IMG/VR virus record: IMGVR_UViG_3300020420_000671
Length of the DNA stretch: 64,000 bases
Reading direction: 5' to 3' (one strand)
DNA from: a virus
Lineage: Duplodnaviria; Caudoviricetes
A program made the position numbers and the translations under genes. The notes beneath the pieces were generated by a model. That model was given only the letters and a program-made list of their open reading frames with translations, ran no database searches and was not told the origin of the DNA. Below are positions 17,201 to 27,263 of this stretch, in pieces (position 1 is the first letter of the stretch; each line of letters begins with the position of its first letter).

Positions 17201-19839
17201 GCGGTATAATGAGAGCAACAAACGGAAATAACTCTTATGGAGACTTTGGTTCAGTTGCTGAAGGATTTGATGCTAACGAAATTCCACAAACTGCTACAGT
17301 CAACAACAGAAGTACTGAAGCACAAGTTGATAATATTTTTACAGATGGTTCACAGGTACTTGCTTTAGAATACACCAACGCAGGTGAAACATATAGCACA
17401 GCATCAGCGGCATTTACACAAGTTGCTGGTACAGGTTTATCTGTGTATTGGGAAGAATTTAGACAAGGCGCTGTAAACAAGATTGAATTACAACTACCAG
17501 ATGACAGTACTAACGTTGGTGGTAGAGGTTTTCAATTTGCTACTAATACAGCTCAAGCAGGAGACTTAACAAGTATTACATTATCACAGTCGGAATCAAG
17601 AACAGCTTCTAGCATTAATGGTTCAAGAATTATGATCACAGAAGGTCCTGGTTCTGGACAATATGGTTATATTGTAAATTATAATGCGTCAACAAAAGTA
17701 GCACAGGTTTATAAAGACAGTACAGGTACACCAGGCTTTGATAATTTACTAGCAGGTAAGGTAAATGCTACAGCATTAGGAGCAACGACAGTTTATGCTA
17801 TAGAGCCAAGAGCAACGATTGCGGCGCCGACATTTAATGTGTCTAACAACAGCATTCAATCAGGTGCTCCTGACATTGGATATAGTGATACACTAGGATT
17901 ATGGTATTATGGAGTAACAGGTACTGATGATTTTTACACATCACCAGACGGAAGTGTATGGACACAAAGACCGACGGCAGTAAGCAATATTGCTTCTCAA
18001 AATTATACAGCATTTTCAAAATCAGGTCCAATATTAGCGGCAGTGGCAAATTCAACAGACACATTAGTATTTTCAAATGATGGAGCTACTTTTGATACAT
18101 CAACTTTACCAGCTACCAACAATTGGACAAGAGTTCAAATAGGTGGACTTAATGACAATGTTATTATGGCAACGGGCGATAACAACAGTGACATTTATGT
18201 TGGCTCACTTACAACTTCAAATGATAGTACTATTGTTACAGGAACTTGGACAACCAAAGCACTTGGCACAGGAAATAAAAACTGGGTAGGTTTAGCTTAT
18301 GGAGCAGGTAAGTGGATTGCTATTGCTACAGATGGTACAACAGTGATTTCCACAGACAACGGAGTAAGTTGGAGTACAGGTTCAGCAGTTACACCAGGTG
18401 GATCAGAAGAATATACAGATTTAATTTTTGGAAGTAATGCTTGGGTAGCATCAATGAAAAATTCAGATAGAATAATTTATAGTGCTGATGGATCAAATTG
18501 GTACGATGCGGCACTACTAGGTGACTCAACAACCAACGCATGGAAAGTTGGTTATTCACAAGGAGCTTTTGTTGCTGTAAATGAAAACGGAAACGCACTT
18601 GAATCAGGTGATGCTCATAATTGGAATACTATTTCTACAATTAATAACTTAACAGCCATAGTTGGAGGCGTAGCTTCAAACAAACCAACTTGGATTGGGG
18701 TAAGACAAAGCACAGGAACAGGAAATATTATTACAGGTGGTAAGAGAGCTTTTGCTAGGGTAGAAATTGCTACAAACAGTATTAGTAAATTTAAACTATA
18801 CGAAGTAGGAAGTGGATATGATTCATCAACACCTCCAACATTAACAGTTTATGATCCAGGTGAGACAGGTGAACCTTATTACCAAGTAAATGTTGCGAAT
18901 GGTGTATTAGGACAGCCAACTTTCTATAACAGAGGTACAGGTTATGCCACGGCAGTCATAGCAATTACTGGTAACGGTTATGCCGAAGCAAAACAAGTAG
19001 GTAACTCAATGGTAATTACAGGAATAGATCTTGTACCAGGTCCTGGAGCAAACGTTGTGTTCACAGGAGATTCCACAGTTTATAGATTGGTTAAAGTAAC
19101 TAAGACTGAAGGCTCTGCTCCTAATAGACAAATTACTTTCCAAATATCTCCAGTACTATCAAGAGGCACAGCACCAGCCCATGGTGTAACAGCTACAATT
19201 AGAGAAAGATATTCACAATGTAGATTGACTGGACATGACTTCTTAGACATAGGAACGGGTAACTTTGCTAATACAAACTATCCAGCACTATACATAGCAG
19301 GACAAACAAGTGTCAACGAAACAGAACAAGCAAATGAAGTACGCGAAGCAAACGGTGGTAGAGTATTCTACACAAGTACAGACCAAGACGGTAACTACAG
19401 GGTTGGTGAACTATTTAAAGTTAGCCAAGCACAAGGTGGTGTTACTTTAAGTGCTGACTTCTTTGATCTAGAAGGATTAGATGAAATTAGATTAGGTGGA
19501 ATTAGTGTAGGGGGAACACAAGCTGTTATTAGAGAATTTTCAACAGAAGTTACTTTTGTTGCTAATAGCAACAACATAGTTCCAACACAAAAGGCACTAA
19601 AAGCCTATATCGAAAATAGATTTACAGGTGGTGGATCAAATCTGTTTACAAACGCACTTACAGCTGGACAGATCAAGTTAGAATCAAGGACTATATCCAA
19701 TACAGCAGGATCAAATAATCCATTGGCAATGGCAACAGTATCACCAAATTTTGAAATTAGGGGGTCGTTAGGCGGAGGACTAGCGGCACTTAATATGTTC
19801 TTTTCATCAAGAACTGAAAGAGATGACTTTAACGGATAA
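14260..19839 (+). CDS. Giant fibre/baseplate protein (paralogue B1): Trp/Tyr-rich N-terminal repeats, beta-helix core, repeat insertion, propeller-like insertion
   Basis: MADFKLSRVRF.WKG.W start, ~50-aa W....Y...D.V.YGG..Y.C...HTS repeats, RSPY.QGVT, HDFLDIGTG, RVFYTSTDQDGN; late box at 14235-14242. Confidence 0.7.
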   Translation: MADFKLSRVRFNWKGSWTGGGNYIVDDMIEYNGYTYVALRTHISADFYNDLAGTDKTPAQPKWKKQSEGVSWKKDWSTSTFYSVGNIVKYGASVYECTESHTSSSTLASGTDGLVADINKWTLVAVSSADWKYNWTINTLYRINDLVRYNGKVYKCTAQHVSAATILLGLEADQSKWTVLSDSDTWRATWAIGTRYKVNDIVKYGGIVYKCITGHTSADNTTLGLEEDQSKWEIQISGIEYIVNTDANTGLISGEWVGGTRYKVNDIVKRGGNIMRCIVGHTATAGDAGFNTDYGTGKWTTYLPGTTYDNIWDNGVYYQKGDLVLYGGYIYKAVTFNTGKEPSQYGSDWNLTFEGYKFRGDWNNAGSADSADVNYKTGDIVRLTGNLYIAIQDSTNLQPDQWPTYWEHLVDGRAFRNFWEDNTEYYKGDIVTWAGTAYVALVYHRSTESASRPDLDVEQPDQNYWKLMILGNRTNKLARKGDLKTFEDQDSTAIDTQRLAIGQDGAALISTGTMPAWDLIDLADKVYYVSLDGIDDPDRGGTLNAPFRTVRYATQYLFQDEVNRVGIGATIFVTAGDYKEILPISLPAKVALVGAELRSTSISPAINGTDVVLGPRNAAGIQEALTIPSLNERNNMFYVRNSCGIRRLTLRGLTGVLSVANAYGTKRPSGGAFVSLDPGTGTSDTDVWIASKAKAYYTPSTASYNPADGVFTMTLPTQQYTVTDATYDPKSGVMVATIGNHTLDVGETIRIATESVSFTCSKDNYNSVHAYPRISDPAAGTDIRIFDKSATTISVNVGKSKDNDQYTHKFSSATNNGITWNHNLKVGNSIAIAGNAFTFTCTMDGNTAQKTYPRTTDPAYNQKLAITAVTTETFTVNVGKSSASDQYAHTFVSVTPESVSFERISAGRSPYIQGVTTIGDNCIGMKIDGALHNGGNRSIVANDFTQVLSDGIGYWATNLGRSELVSVFTYYAHIGYLAENGGIMRATNGNNSYGDFGSVAEGFDANEIPQTATVNNRSTEAQVDNIFTDGSQVLALEYTNAGETYSTASAAFTQVAGTGLSVYWEEFRQGAVNKIELQLPDDSTNVGGRGFQFATNTAQAGDLTSITLSQSESRTASSINGSRIMITEGPGSGQYGYIVNYNASTKVAQVYKDSTGTPGFDNLLAGKVNATALGATTVYAIEPRATIAAPTFNVSNNSIQSGAPDIGYSDTLGLWYYGVTGTDDFYTSPDGSVWTQRPTAVSNIASQNYTAFSKSGPILAAVANSTDTLVFSNDGATFDTSTLPATNNWTRVQIGGLNDNVIMATGDNNSDIYVGSLTTSNDSTIVTGTWTTKALGTGNKNWVGLAYGAGKWIAIATDGTTVISTDNGVSWSTGSAVTPGGSEEYTDLIFGSNAWVASMKNSDRIIYSADGSNWYDAALLGDSTTNAWKVGYSQGAFVAVNENGNALESGDAHNWNTISTINNLTAIVGGVASNKPTWIGVRQSTGTGNIITGGKRAFARVEIATNSISKFKLYEVGSGYDSSTPPTLTVYDPGETGEPYYQVNVANGVLGQPTFYNRGTGYATAVIAITGNGYAEAKQVGNSMVITGIDLVPGPGANVVFTGDSTVYRLVKVTKTEGSAPNRQITFQISPVLSRGTAPAHGVTATIRERYSQCRLTGHDFLDIGTGNFANTNYPALYIAGQTSVNETEQANEVREANGGRVFYTSTDQDGNYRVGELFKVSQAQGGVTLSADFFDLEGLDEIRLGGISVGGTQAVIREFSTEVTFVANSNNIVPTQKALKAYIENRFTGGGSNLFTNALTAGQIKLESRTISNTAGSNNPLAMATVSPNFEIRGSLGGGLAALNMFFSSRTERDDFNG
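14290..15660 (+). repeat. Tandem ~50-aa Trp/Tyr repeats (CBM5/12-like) in the protein
   Basis: About 9 imperfect copies of W....Y...D.V.Y.G..Y.C...H.S; boundaries approximate. Confidence 0.65.
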
Positions 19840-19875
19840 TGATAAATATGTATAATACCAAGAACGGAGCAAAAA

Positions 19876-22800
19876 ATGGCAGAATTTAAACTAGGTAGAA
19901 TTAGATTTATCTGGAAAGACAACTGGGCGGCTACTACGACTTATCTAAAAGATGACGTAATTAGATATGGTGGTAGAACTTATGTTTGTGTAACTGGACA
20001 CACATCAACGTCTAATTTCTACTCAGATATATCAAACTGGAACAATTTCAGTGATGGTACCCAATGGAAAAGTGATTGGAGCGCCGCAACTTTTTACAAA
20101 ATAAATGACATCGTAAGATACGGTGGTATCATTTATATTTGTAACACAGGACACACAGCACAATCAACACTAGAAGCTGATCAATCAAAATGGGATCAGT
20201 TTGCTACATCAATTGACTGGAAAGACAACTGGGTAGCAGGTACTGTTTACAAAGCGAACGACTTGGTAAAATATGGTGGAAACATTTACATTTGTAACAC
20301 TGGTCATACTGCCGCGGCCACGAATGCACTTGGACTTGAAGCTGACATATTAAAATGGGACCTATTCTCCGAAGGTCAAGATTGGAAACAAAATTGGGCT
20401 ATCAATACAAGATATAAAATTAACGATATTGTTAAGTATGGTGGAACACTTTACGTTTGTAACACTGGACATACTTCAAACGCATCAGCATCAAGCGGAT
20501 TAGAAGCAGACCAGGCAAAATGGGATTATTTAAATAAAGGAATTGAATACTTAGGTGAGTGGGCAAATAGCTACAGATACAAAGTAAATGACGTTGTACT
20601 TTATGGTGCGACACTTTGGATTTGTACAACACAACATACTTCAGTTGTAACAAATGCAGATTCACAACTAGGTACGCTACAAGCAGATATTGCCAACTGG
20701 GATAAATTTGTTCCTGGATTAGAATTTGAAAACACATGGCAAGGCGATGAAAGATATCAACCAGGTGACTTTGTTACATATGGTGGTAATCAATATGTTG
20801 CTAATCAAAACGTATACGGTGACATTCCTCCTTCAAGTGCTAAATGGGATCTTGTTACATCAGGATTTAATTTAAGAGGCGACTGGGGTGATGACTCTAC
20901 CAACCAAGAATACAAAATTGGTGATGTTGTAAGACTAGGTGGTTACACTTATCTTGCTACAGCTAACAGCACAGGACAACGTCCACCTAACGCAACTTAT
21001 TGGTCAAGATTGAATCAAGGTATTGAATGGAAAAATACTTGGACCACAGCTACAGTTTACGACTTAGGTGATGCTGTACGTTATGGCTTAATCAGTTATG
21101 TTTGTGTACAAGCACATACATCTGACACAGCAAAACGTCCAGACAATGATTCAGCAGGTGCTTTTTGGAATAACCTAGCATCAGGTGCTGAGGAAAGTAC
21201 AATTACAACGCAAGGTGACTTGTTATACTTTGGTGGATCAGGACCAACTAGATTACCAATTGGAGCAGACGGCCAAGTATTAAGTGTATCAAGCGGAGGC
21301 ATTCCAGAGTGGAAAGACTTTGGTGCTGTACCTGATGTATATTATGTATCAGGCGGAATTGGTACAGATAATCCAACTCCAGCAAACGGGACTACTTTAG
21401 ATAGACCTTGGAAAACAATTAGATACGCATGTGATCAAATTGAAAAAGGTGCTAAAAATCCTAATGCTGTCAGCTTGTTAGAAAAAAATAGAATGTTTAT
21501 AGCATATGAAACTGCTAAATGGGCAAAGAGACAGATCATTGAACAGAATTCTCCGTTCTTTATTGGATTTTCTTTTGATGAAGCCAAGTTCCAAAGACTA
21601 GCAGGTTTTGCTTTAGATGCTATCACAGTTGATTTGAGAAGAGGCGGAAACGTAGAAACACGTAGAGCTGGTCAGGCAATGAAGGACAACGTAACTGGAG
21701 ACTTCTTTGATACAGGTTCAGAAACACAAAACGTTGCGGCATTAAATCATGTCATTTCTTTATGTAGTGATGTAATTAATAGTGCTACACCATCCGCTGA
21801 CTACCAAGCATTAGATGGAGTAGCATCAGCAGATAGATATTTACAAACTAAAGATTCTACAATAACACCAGAACCAACTGCTTTGTCAACTTTAACAACT
21901 AACATGGCTGTCATTACAAGTTCTATTACACTTGGAGGTGGATACACTCTCCCAACACAAGTGATACTTCATAAAGTATTATTAGTAAAGACTGGTAATT
22001 ACAAAGAAGTTCTTCCAATTAGAGTTCCTGAAAAAGTTGCTATTGTTGGTGACGAATTGCGTTCGACTAGAGTTGAACCAGCAGGGCAATTAACGAACTC
22101 AGGAGATACTGTTTATTCATTAGCGGGAATTACTCACATGAAGAGTATATTAGACGATATTATTGAAGGAACATCAATAACACGTCAAACAGGAAATACT
22201 CTCACACAGGATGTATCCAAACCAAATAGTACTTCAGCAGTATCAACTATTGTTACAGATCTTTCACAAGAATTGTATGACAAGATTGACTTTGAAGTTA
22301 ATGGAGCATCAGGAGACTCAACTGCTCCAACTATTAGAGGTTCAAATACAAGAGTAGATGATCAAGATAAGTTTGCTGGTGTTAGAGCAATAATGATGAA
22401 CAAGGACTTTATTGCTGAAGATGTTACAAAATATATAAATGTTAACTATCCATCTTATACATTTGATGAAGCACAATGTAAATCAGATATAAAAAATTAT
22501 CTTGATGGATTTATACATGACTTAACATTTAGTTTCAGCGAAGGATCAAACTATGCTACAATCTACAACGGATTATATTATGGAAATAGCGTAAACGGTT
22601 CTACATTAGAAAACATGTATCTATTAAGAGATGCTACTGGTATTAGAAATCAAACACTAGGTGGATTAAGCGGAACATTAAGTTCAGCAAACCAATACGG
22701 AACTAAGAGACCATCAGCTGGTGCTTACTGTTCATTGGATCCAGGATGGGGACCAGATGATACAAGAGTTTGGATATCAACACGTTCACCATACGTACAA

Positions 22801-24723
22801 GGTGTAACTAACTTTGGTACAGCTTGTGTAGGATTGAAAATTGATGGAGACTTACATAACGGTGGTAATGATTCAATCGTTGCTAACGACTTTACGCAAG
22901 TCATATCAGATGGTATTGGTGCGTGGGTTACAAACTTAGGTAGAGCAGAACTTGTTTCTGTGTTCTCATACTATGGACACATTGGATATCTATCAGAAAA
23001 CGGTGGTAAGATAAGAGGTACTAACGGAAACTGTTCATACGGTGACTTTGGTGCGGTATCTGAAGGCGTTGACGGAAGTGAAACTCCAATAACTGGTGGT
23101 GTTAACAATAGAAAACTTGAAGCAACAGTTGGTAGAGCATTGACTGACGGAAGTAGCATTATACATTTTGAATACACAAACGCAGGTAACAATTATACCA
23201 GTGCTACATACACAATAAGTGGAGCAGGATATGGTGCGGTTATTGCTAATGCTAATGCTGTAAACAATGGTATATTTGAAGTTAGACTAAGAAATCCAGA
23301 CGATGGATCGACTTATAATACTTCTGATGTTGACAATGACGGAGTATTAAATGATCCAGATGTAATTGGTGGTAGAGGATATGTGTCAAGTGAAAACACG
23401 GCACAGGGTGGTAACGCTACTACTATTATTTTATCAAACACTGAAACAGCTAACAGTACAAAATATGTTGGAATGAGAGTTGTAATTACAGCAGGTACAG
23501 GTGCTGGACAATACGCACAAATTACTGCGTACAATCCAGGAACAAAAGTTGCTAACGTTGCTAAAGAATCAGATGGAACAGCTGGATGGGATACATGGCA
23601 CTATTCAAATGGTATTCAATCTACTTTAGATGCTACAACAACTTATTCAATTGAACCAAGATGTGTTATTTCCGGCGGTGGAGGAACAGGAGCTCAAGTT
23701 AGAGCACAAGTTTCCAACGGTAGAATCACACAGTTTTACATAATAAATCCAGGAAGCGGATACACAAGTGGTCCATCAATGTTAATTGTTGATAACAATG
23801 AAACTATTGAAGCACCGTTTGAAATTAGAGTTGGTAATGGAGTATTGACACAACCTACATGGACTAGTAGAGGACTTGACTTTGAGACAGCAGGTGCTAC
23901 TTTGGTTGGTGACGGTTTTGCTGACACATTCCAAAGCAAGAACTTCTTAAACGTTTATGGATTAACAGATCAACCAGAAGAAGGCTCTAACTTAGAAATA
24001 GATGGTGATAGCAGATACTTCAAGGTGGTTTTTGTAAGAGAACTATCAGGTAGTGCTGGAAACTATTCAGCAAACTTACAAGTTTCGCCAAACATTGGTG
24101 TAGAAAAAGCACCTATACACGGTGCTAATATTTCTATAAGAAAGAGATTTAGTCAAGTTAGATTAACAGGACACGACTTCCTAGATATAGGTACTGGTAA
24201 CTTTGCTAGTACAAACTATCCAGGAACTCCGTCTGTACCAAATGACGCAAATGACGAAGTTAAAGAATATGGCGGTGGAAGAGTATTCTACACATCCACT
24301 GACCAAGATGGTAACTTTAGAGTAGGTAGATTGTTCAACGTTGAACAGTCAACTGGTTCTGCCAGCTTAAACACAAGTGCGTTTAGTTTAGCAGGACTAC
24401 AAGAACTTTCATTAGGTGCTGTAGGACTTGGTGAGAGTGGAGCAACAATTAATGAATTTAGTACAGACGGTACGTTTAGTGCTAATTCAAACAGCGTTGT
24501 TCCGACTCAGGCGGCTATTATTACTTACATCAATTCACAAATTGGTGGTGGATCTAGTAGCCTTAACGTTAACGCAGTTACAGCTGGTAAAATAAATATC
24601 ACTGGAAACACGATTGGTACAACTGACAATTCGCAGATCACTGTAACCACTGGAATGAATTTCAATGGTGGAGTATTAGGATCTCCGGTTGCCATGTCGT
24701 ACTTTTTAACAAGTAAAACATAA
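19876..24723 (+). CDS. Giant fibre/baseplate protein (paralogue B2)
   Basis: MAEFKLGRIRFIWK start; same repeats and core motifs as 14260-19839; late box GATAAATA at 19841-19848. Confidence 0.7.
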   Translation: MAEFKLGRIRFIWKDNWAATTTYLKDDVIRYGGRTYVCVTGHTSTSNFYSDISNWNNFSDGTQWKSDWSAATFYKINDIVRYGGIIYICNTGHTAQSTLEADQSKWDQFATSIDWKDNWVAGTVYKANDLVKYGGNIYICNTGHTAAATNALGLEADILKWDLFSEGQDWKQNWAINTRYKINDIVKYGGTLYVCNTGHTSNASASSGLEADQAKWDYLNKGIEYLGEWANSYRYKVNDVVLYGATLWICTTQHTSVVTNADSQLGTLQADIANWDKFVPGLEFENTWQGDERYQPGDFVTYGGNQYVANQNVYGDIPPSSAKWDLVTSGFNLRGDWGDDSTNQEYKIGDVVRLGGYTYLATANSTGQRPPNATYWSRLNQGIEWKNTWTTATVYDLGDAVRYGLISYVCVQAHTSDTAKRPDNDSAGAFWNNLASGAEESTITTQGDLLYFGGSGPTRLPIGADGQVLSVSSGGIPEWKDFGAVPDVYYVSGGIGTDNPTPANGTTLDRPWKTIRYACDQIEKGAKNPNAVSLLEKNRMFIAYETAKWAKRQIIEQNSPFFIGFSFDEAKFQRLAGFALDAITVDLRRGGNVETRRAGQAMKDNVTGDFFDTGSETQNVAALNHVISLCSDVINSATPSADYQALDGVASADRYLQTKDSTITPEPTALSTLTTNMAVITSSITLGGGYTLPTQVILHKVLLVKTGNYKEVLPIRVPEKVAIVGDELRSTRVEPAGQLTNSGDTVYSLAGITHMKSILDDIIEGTSITRQTGNTLTQDVSKPNSTSAVSTIVTDLSQELYDKIDFEVNGASGDSTAPTIRGSNTRVDDQDKFAGVRAIMMNKDFIAEDVTKYINVNYPSYTFDEAQCKSDIKNYLDGFIHDLTFSFSEGSNYATIYNGLYYGNSVNGSTLENMYLLRDATGIRNQTLGGLSGTLSSANQYGTKRPSAGAYCSLDPGWGPDDTRVWISTRSPYVQGVTNFGTACVGLKIDGDLHNGGNDSIVANDFTQVISDGIGAWVTNLGRAELVSVFSYYGHIGYLSENGGKIRGTNGNCSYGDFGAVSEGVDGSETPITGGVNNRKLEATVGRALTDGSSIIHFEYTNAGNNYTSATYTISGAGYGAVIANANAVNNGIFEVRLRNPDDGSTYNTSDVDNDGVLNDPDVIGGRGYVSSENTAQGGNATTIILSNTETANSTKYVGMRVVITAGTGAGQYAQITAYNPGTKVANVAKESDGTAGWDTWHYSNGIQSTLDATTTYSIEPRCVISGGGGTGAQVRAQVSNGRITQFYIINPGSGYTSGPSMLIVDNNETIEAPFEIRVGNGVLTQPTWTSRGLDFETAGATLVGDGFADTFQSKNFLNVYGLTDQPEEGSNLEIDGDSRYFKVVFVRELSGSAGNYSANLQVSPNIGVEKAPIHGANISIRKRFSQVRLTGHDFLDIGTGNFASTNYPGTPSVPNDANDEVKEYGGGRVFYTSTDQDGNFRVGRLFNVEQSTGSASLNTSAFSLAGLQELSLGAVGLGESGATINEFSTDGTFSANSNSVVPTQAAIITYINSQIGGGSSSLNVNAVTAGKINITGNTIGTTDNSQITVTTGMNFNGGVLGSPVAMSYFLTSKT
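19900..21185 (+). repeat. Tandem ~45-50-aa Trp/Tyr repeats (CBM5/12-like) in the protein
   Basis: About 9 copies, e.g. W.A.T.YK.ND.V.YGG..YICNTGHT; boundaries approximate. Confidence 0.65.
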
Positions 24724-24752
24724 TGGCTAAATATAGAAAAGAGGAGTAATAA

Positions 24753-25079
24753 ATGGCAACAGGAGTATTAGGATCAAACGATTTATCAGCGGCGACTGAT
24801 ACAAGCGTTTATACGGTTCCAGCAGATACTTACAGCGTGGTAACTGTATCGTTTTGTAACAGAGGTGCTTCAACAGCAAATATTAGATTGGCTGTAGCGG
24901 CATCTGGTACACCAACAGCGGCAGAATATCTAGAGTACGATGTATCTCTAGGACCAAACGGTGTATTAGAAAGAACTGGTATCGTTGCACAAGCTACTAA
25001 AATTATTGTCGCTCGATCATCAGCTACCAGCGTAAGTTGTGTAGTAATGGGTATCGAGACAGCAGTACCGGCAAGTTAA
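24753..25079 (+). CDS. Small beta-rich structural protein (~110-aa family, copy 3)
   Basis: SVYTVPADTYSVVTVSFCNR...LERTGIV; SD GAGGAG. Confidence 0.55.
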   Translation: MATGVLGSNDLSAATDTSVYTVPADTYSVVTVSFCNRGASTANIRLAVAASGTPTAAEYLEYDVSLGPNGVLERTGIVAQATKIIVARSSATSVSCVVMGIETAVPAS

Positions 25080-25094
25080 AGGATAGGAAAAAAA

Positions 25095-25544
25095 ATGGGA
25101 AGACGGATTTCACTAGGTTCACCAGGTTTAACTATACCTTTTGGGAACACGGCACAGAGAACAGCAAACGCAGGAGCAGGTTCAGTAAGATATAACACAC
25201 AAGTAAATGTGTTAGAACTTTACAACGGAACAAACTGGATTCCTGTGGGTGTTCTAAATGCTAAAACAGTCACAACTACGTACACAGCGGCATCTGGAGA
25301 ACAGTTGTTTGTTGATACTAATGGTGGAGGCTTTACTATTAACCTACCTGGTTCACCAGCAGTAGGAGATGTTGTTAGATTTTTTGATCTAAGAAAAACA
25401 TTTGATAGTAATAACCTTACAGTTGGTAGAAACGGAAAACTTATCCAAGGTGATAGTGCGAACATGACTGTTAACTCAGAAGGTGCGGCGTTTGACCTTG
25501 TATATTCAGGTGATAGTTACGGTTGGCGTATCCTAACTGTATAA
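25095..25544 (+). CDS. Short tail-fibre protein with a T4 gp34-N-terminal-like domain
   Basis: A.SGE.LFVDT.GG.FTI.LP.SP..GD.VRF.D motif plus an N-terminal P.G.TAQR...G..RYNT motif. Confidence 0.6.
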   Translation: MGRRISLGSPGLTIPFGNTAQRTANAGAGSVRYNTQVNVLELYNGTNWIPVGVLNAKTVTTTYTAASGEQLFVDTNGGGFTINLPGSPAVGDVVRFFDLRKTFDSNNLTVGRNGKLIQGDSANMTVNSEGAAFDLVYSGDSYGWRILTV

Positions 25545-25565
25545 TATTATTGGAGAGAGAACCAA

Positions 25566-26405
25566 ATGGCAAGTTACGCAAGTTATAAGAAGGTTACATC
25601 AGAAGGTATCCCAAATGGTGCCATCACTAGAGCTAAACTCCAGCCTGGTGCGGGTGCTTGTAGAAAAGTACAATTCATTTACAATGAACGTGGACTACGT
25701 TGTCACATGTGTGCTAGACAAAGTGGATGCTGTGAACAAGCAAATGGTAAGTGCTGTTATTGGTGCGTACCATCTAACGTTTACAAGGTAACTTTTGAAA
25801 TATGGTCAGGTGGTGGCGGAGGCCCAGGACACACTTGTTGTAATAATTGTTCATTTTCGATCGGTGGATCGGGTGGAAACTACGCATTAAAAACTATTGA
25901 CACTAATCCAGGATGCCAATATACAGTATGTGCAGGCGGATCATGGCCTTGTGGTAAATCACATGGTTGTGTAGCAAGTATGGGATGTCGTTCATATGTG
26001 AACGGACATAACCTATCAAACTTCTGTGTAACGGGCGGATGCGGAGGTTGGATGTGTAATGGTGACGCATGGGGTCAAAGACATATGACTCACAGTTGTG
26101 CTAACTGTTTAATATGTGGAGTATTTGGAGCTGACTTTGGTGGCATGGGAGCTACTGGAAGAAAAGCTGGAACAACAACTTGTAGATGTCACGGACAAAC
26201 AGGTTACAGTGGTGAAGCATTTGGCATGGGAGTCATAGGCGGAACAGCAACTAACGAAGCATGGTGTGCATGTGGTTGTCACATTGTTTGGCCCGCTGGA
26301 GGCGGACAACCTGGAACTTCTAGTTATTGTAATAACTGGGCAAAGTGTTGTGCTGGTGGTTCTGGACAAGGTGGATCAGGGATTGTTAAAATAACATTCG
26401 TGTAA
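25566..26405 (+). CDS. Cys-rich, Gly-rich fibre-tip-like protein, paralogue 1
   Basis: 30 Cys in 279 aa (hand count); FEIWSGGGGG...GGSGG...YTV.AGG...GGSG.V.ITF glycine-rich scaffold. Confidence 0.65.
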   Translation: MASYASYKKVTSEGIPNGAITRAKLQPGAGACRKVQFIYNERGLRCHMCARQSGCCEQANGKCCYWCVPSNVYKVTFEIWSGGGGGPGHTCCNNCSFSIGGSGGNYALKTIDTNPGCQYTVCAGGSWPCGKSHGCVASMGCRSYVNGHNLSNFCVTGGCGGWMCNGDAWGQRHMTHSCANCLICGVFGADFGGMGATGRKAGTTTCRCHGQTGYSGEAFGMGVIGGTATNEAWCACGCHIVWPAGGGQPGTSSYCNNWAKCCAGGSGQGGSGIVKITFV

Positions 26406-26417
26406 GGAAATATAATT

Positions 26418-27254
26418 ATGGCAACATACGCAAGTTACAAAACATTAACAGCAGAAAATTTTACTGATAATAGTATATCTGCCGCTAAATTAGGTGCGGG
26501 AGCAGGACACAAATATTGTACAAAATGGATCTACAATGAACGTGGATTAAGATGTCATGCTTGTTCTGATGCTGGAGATTGTTGCGAACAAGCAAACGGA
26601 AAATGTTGTTATTGGTGTGTTCCAACAGGAGCAAGTAAAGTAACTTTTGAAATATGGTCAGGTGGTGGCGGAGGAGCAGGAAATACTTGTTGTAATAACT
26701 GTTCTCACTCAGCAGGAGGTTCAGGCGGAAGTTATGCTGTAAGAACTATCAGTACATGTCCTGGTTGTCAGTATACAGTTTGTGCTGGAGGAACGTGGCG
26801 TTGTTCTAAGTCACATATATGTACAGCAGGTATGGGCTGTAGAAGCTATGTAAACGGACATAATTTATCGAATTTTTGTGTAACAGGTGGTTGCCCAGGT
26901 TGGATGTGTAATGGAGATGCGTGGGGACCACGTCATACTCAGACATGTGCCAACTGTTTAATATGCGGAATTTTTGGATCAGATTTTGGCATAATGGGAT
27001 CAACTGGAATATCAGGCGGACACGGTGCTTGTCAATGTAAATCAGCTGACTGGATGCAGTCAGGTGTAGCACCATTCGTAGGAAGAACAATGACACACTC
27101 ACACGCAGAAGCGTGGTGTGGTTGTGCTTGTTATGTAAATTGGCCAGCAGGCGGCGGTGGAACAGGAACTTCTAGTTACTGTAACAACTGGGCAAAATGC
27201 TGTGCTGGAGGAAACATGGGAGGATCGGGATTAGTTAAAATCACGTTCGCATAA
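26418..27254 (+). CDS. Cys-rich, Gly-rich fibre-tip-like protein, paralogue 2
   Basis: 31 Cys in 278 aa; collinear with its neighbours. Confidence 0.65.
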   Translation: MATYASYKTLTAENFTDNSISAAKLGAGAGHKYCTKWIYNERGLRCHACSDAGDCCEQANGKCCYWCVPTGASKVTFEIWSGGGGGAGNTCCNNCSHSAGGSGGSYAVRTISTCPGCQYTVCAGGTWRCSKSHICTAGMGCRSYVNGHNLSNFCVTGGCPGWMCNGDAWGPRHTQTCANCLICGIFGSDFGIMGSTGISGGHGACQCKSADWMQSGVAPFVGRTMTHSHAEAWCGCACYVNWPAGGGGTGTSSYCNNWAKCCAGGNMGGSGLVKITFA

Positions 27255-27263
27255 GGATAGAAA

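Noticed and set aside
14260-24723. Periodic repeats as a possible CRISPR array or DNA tandem repeat
   Set aside because: Repeats are degenerate at DNA level, in frame and conserved only as protein.
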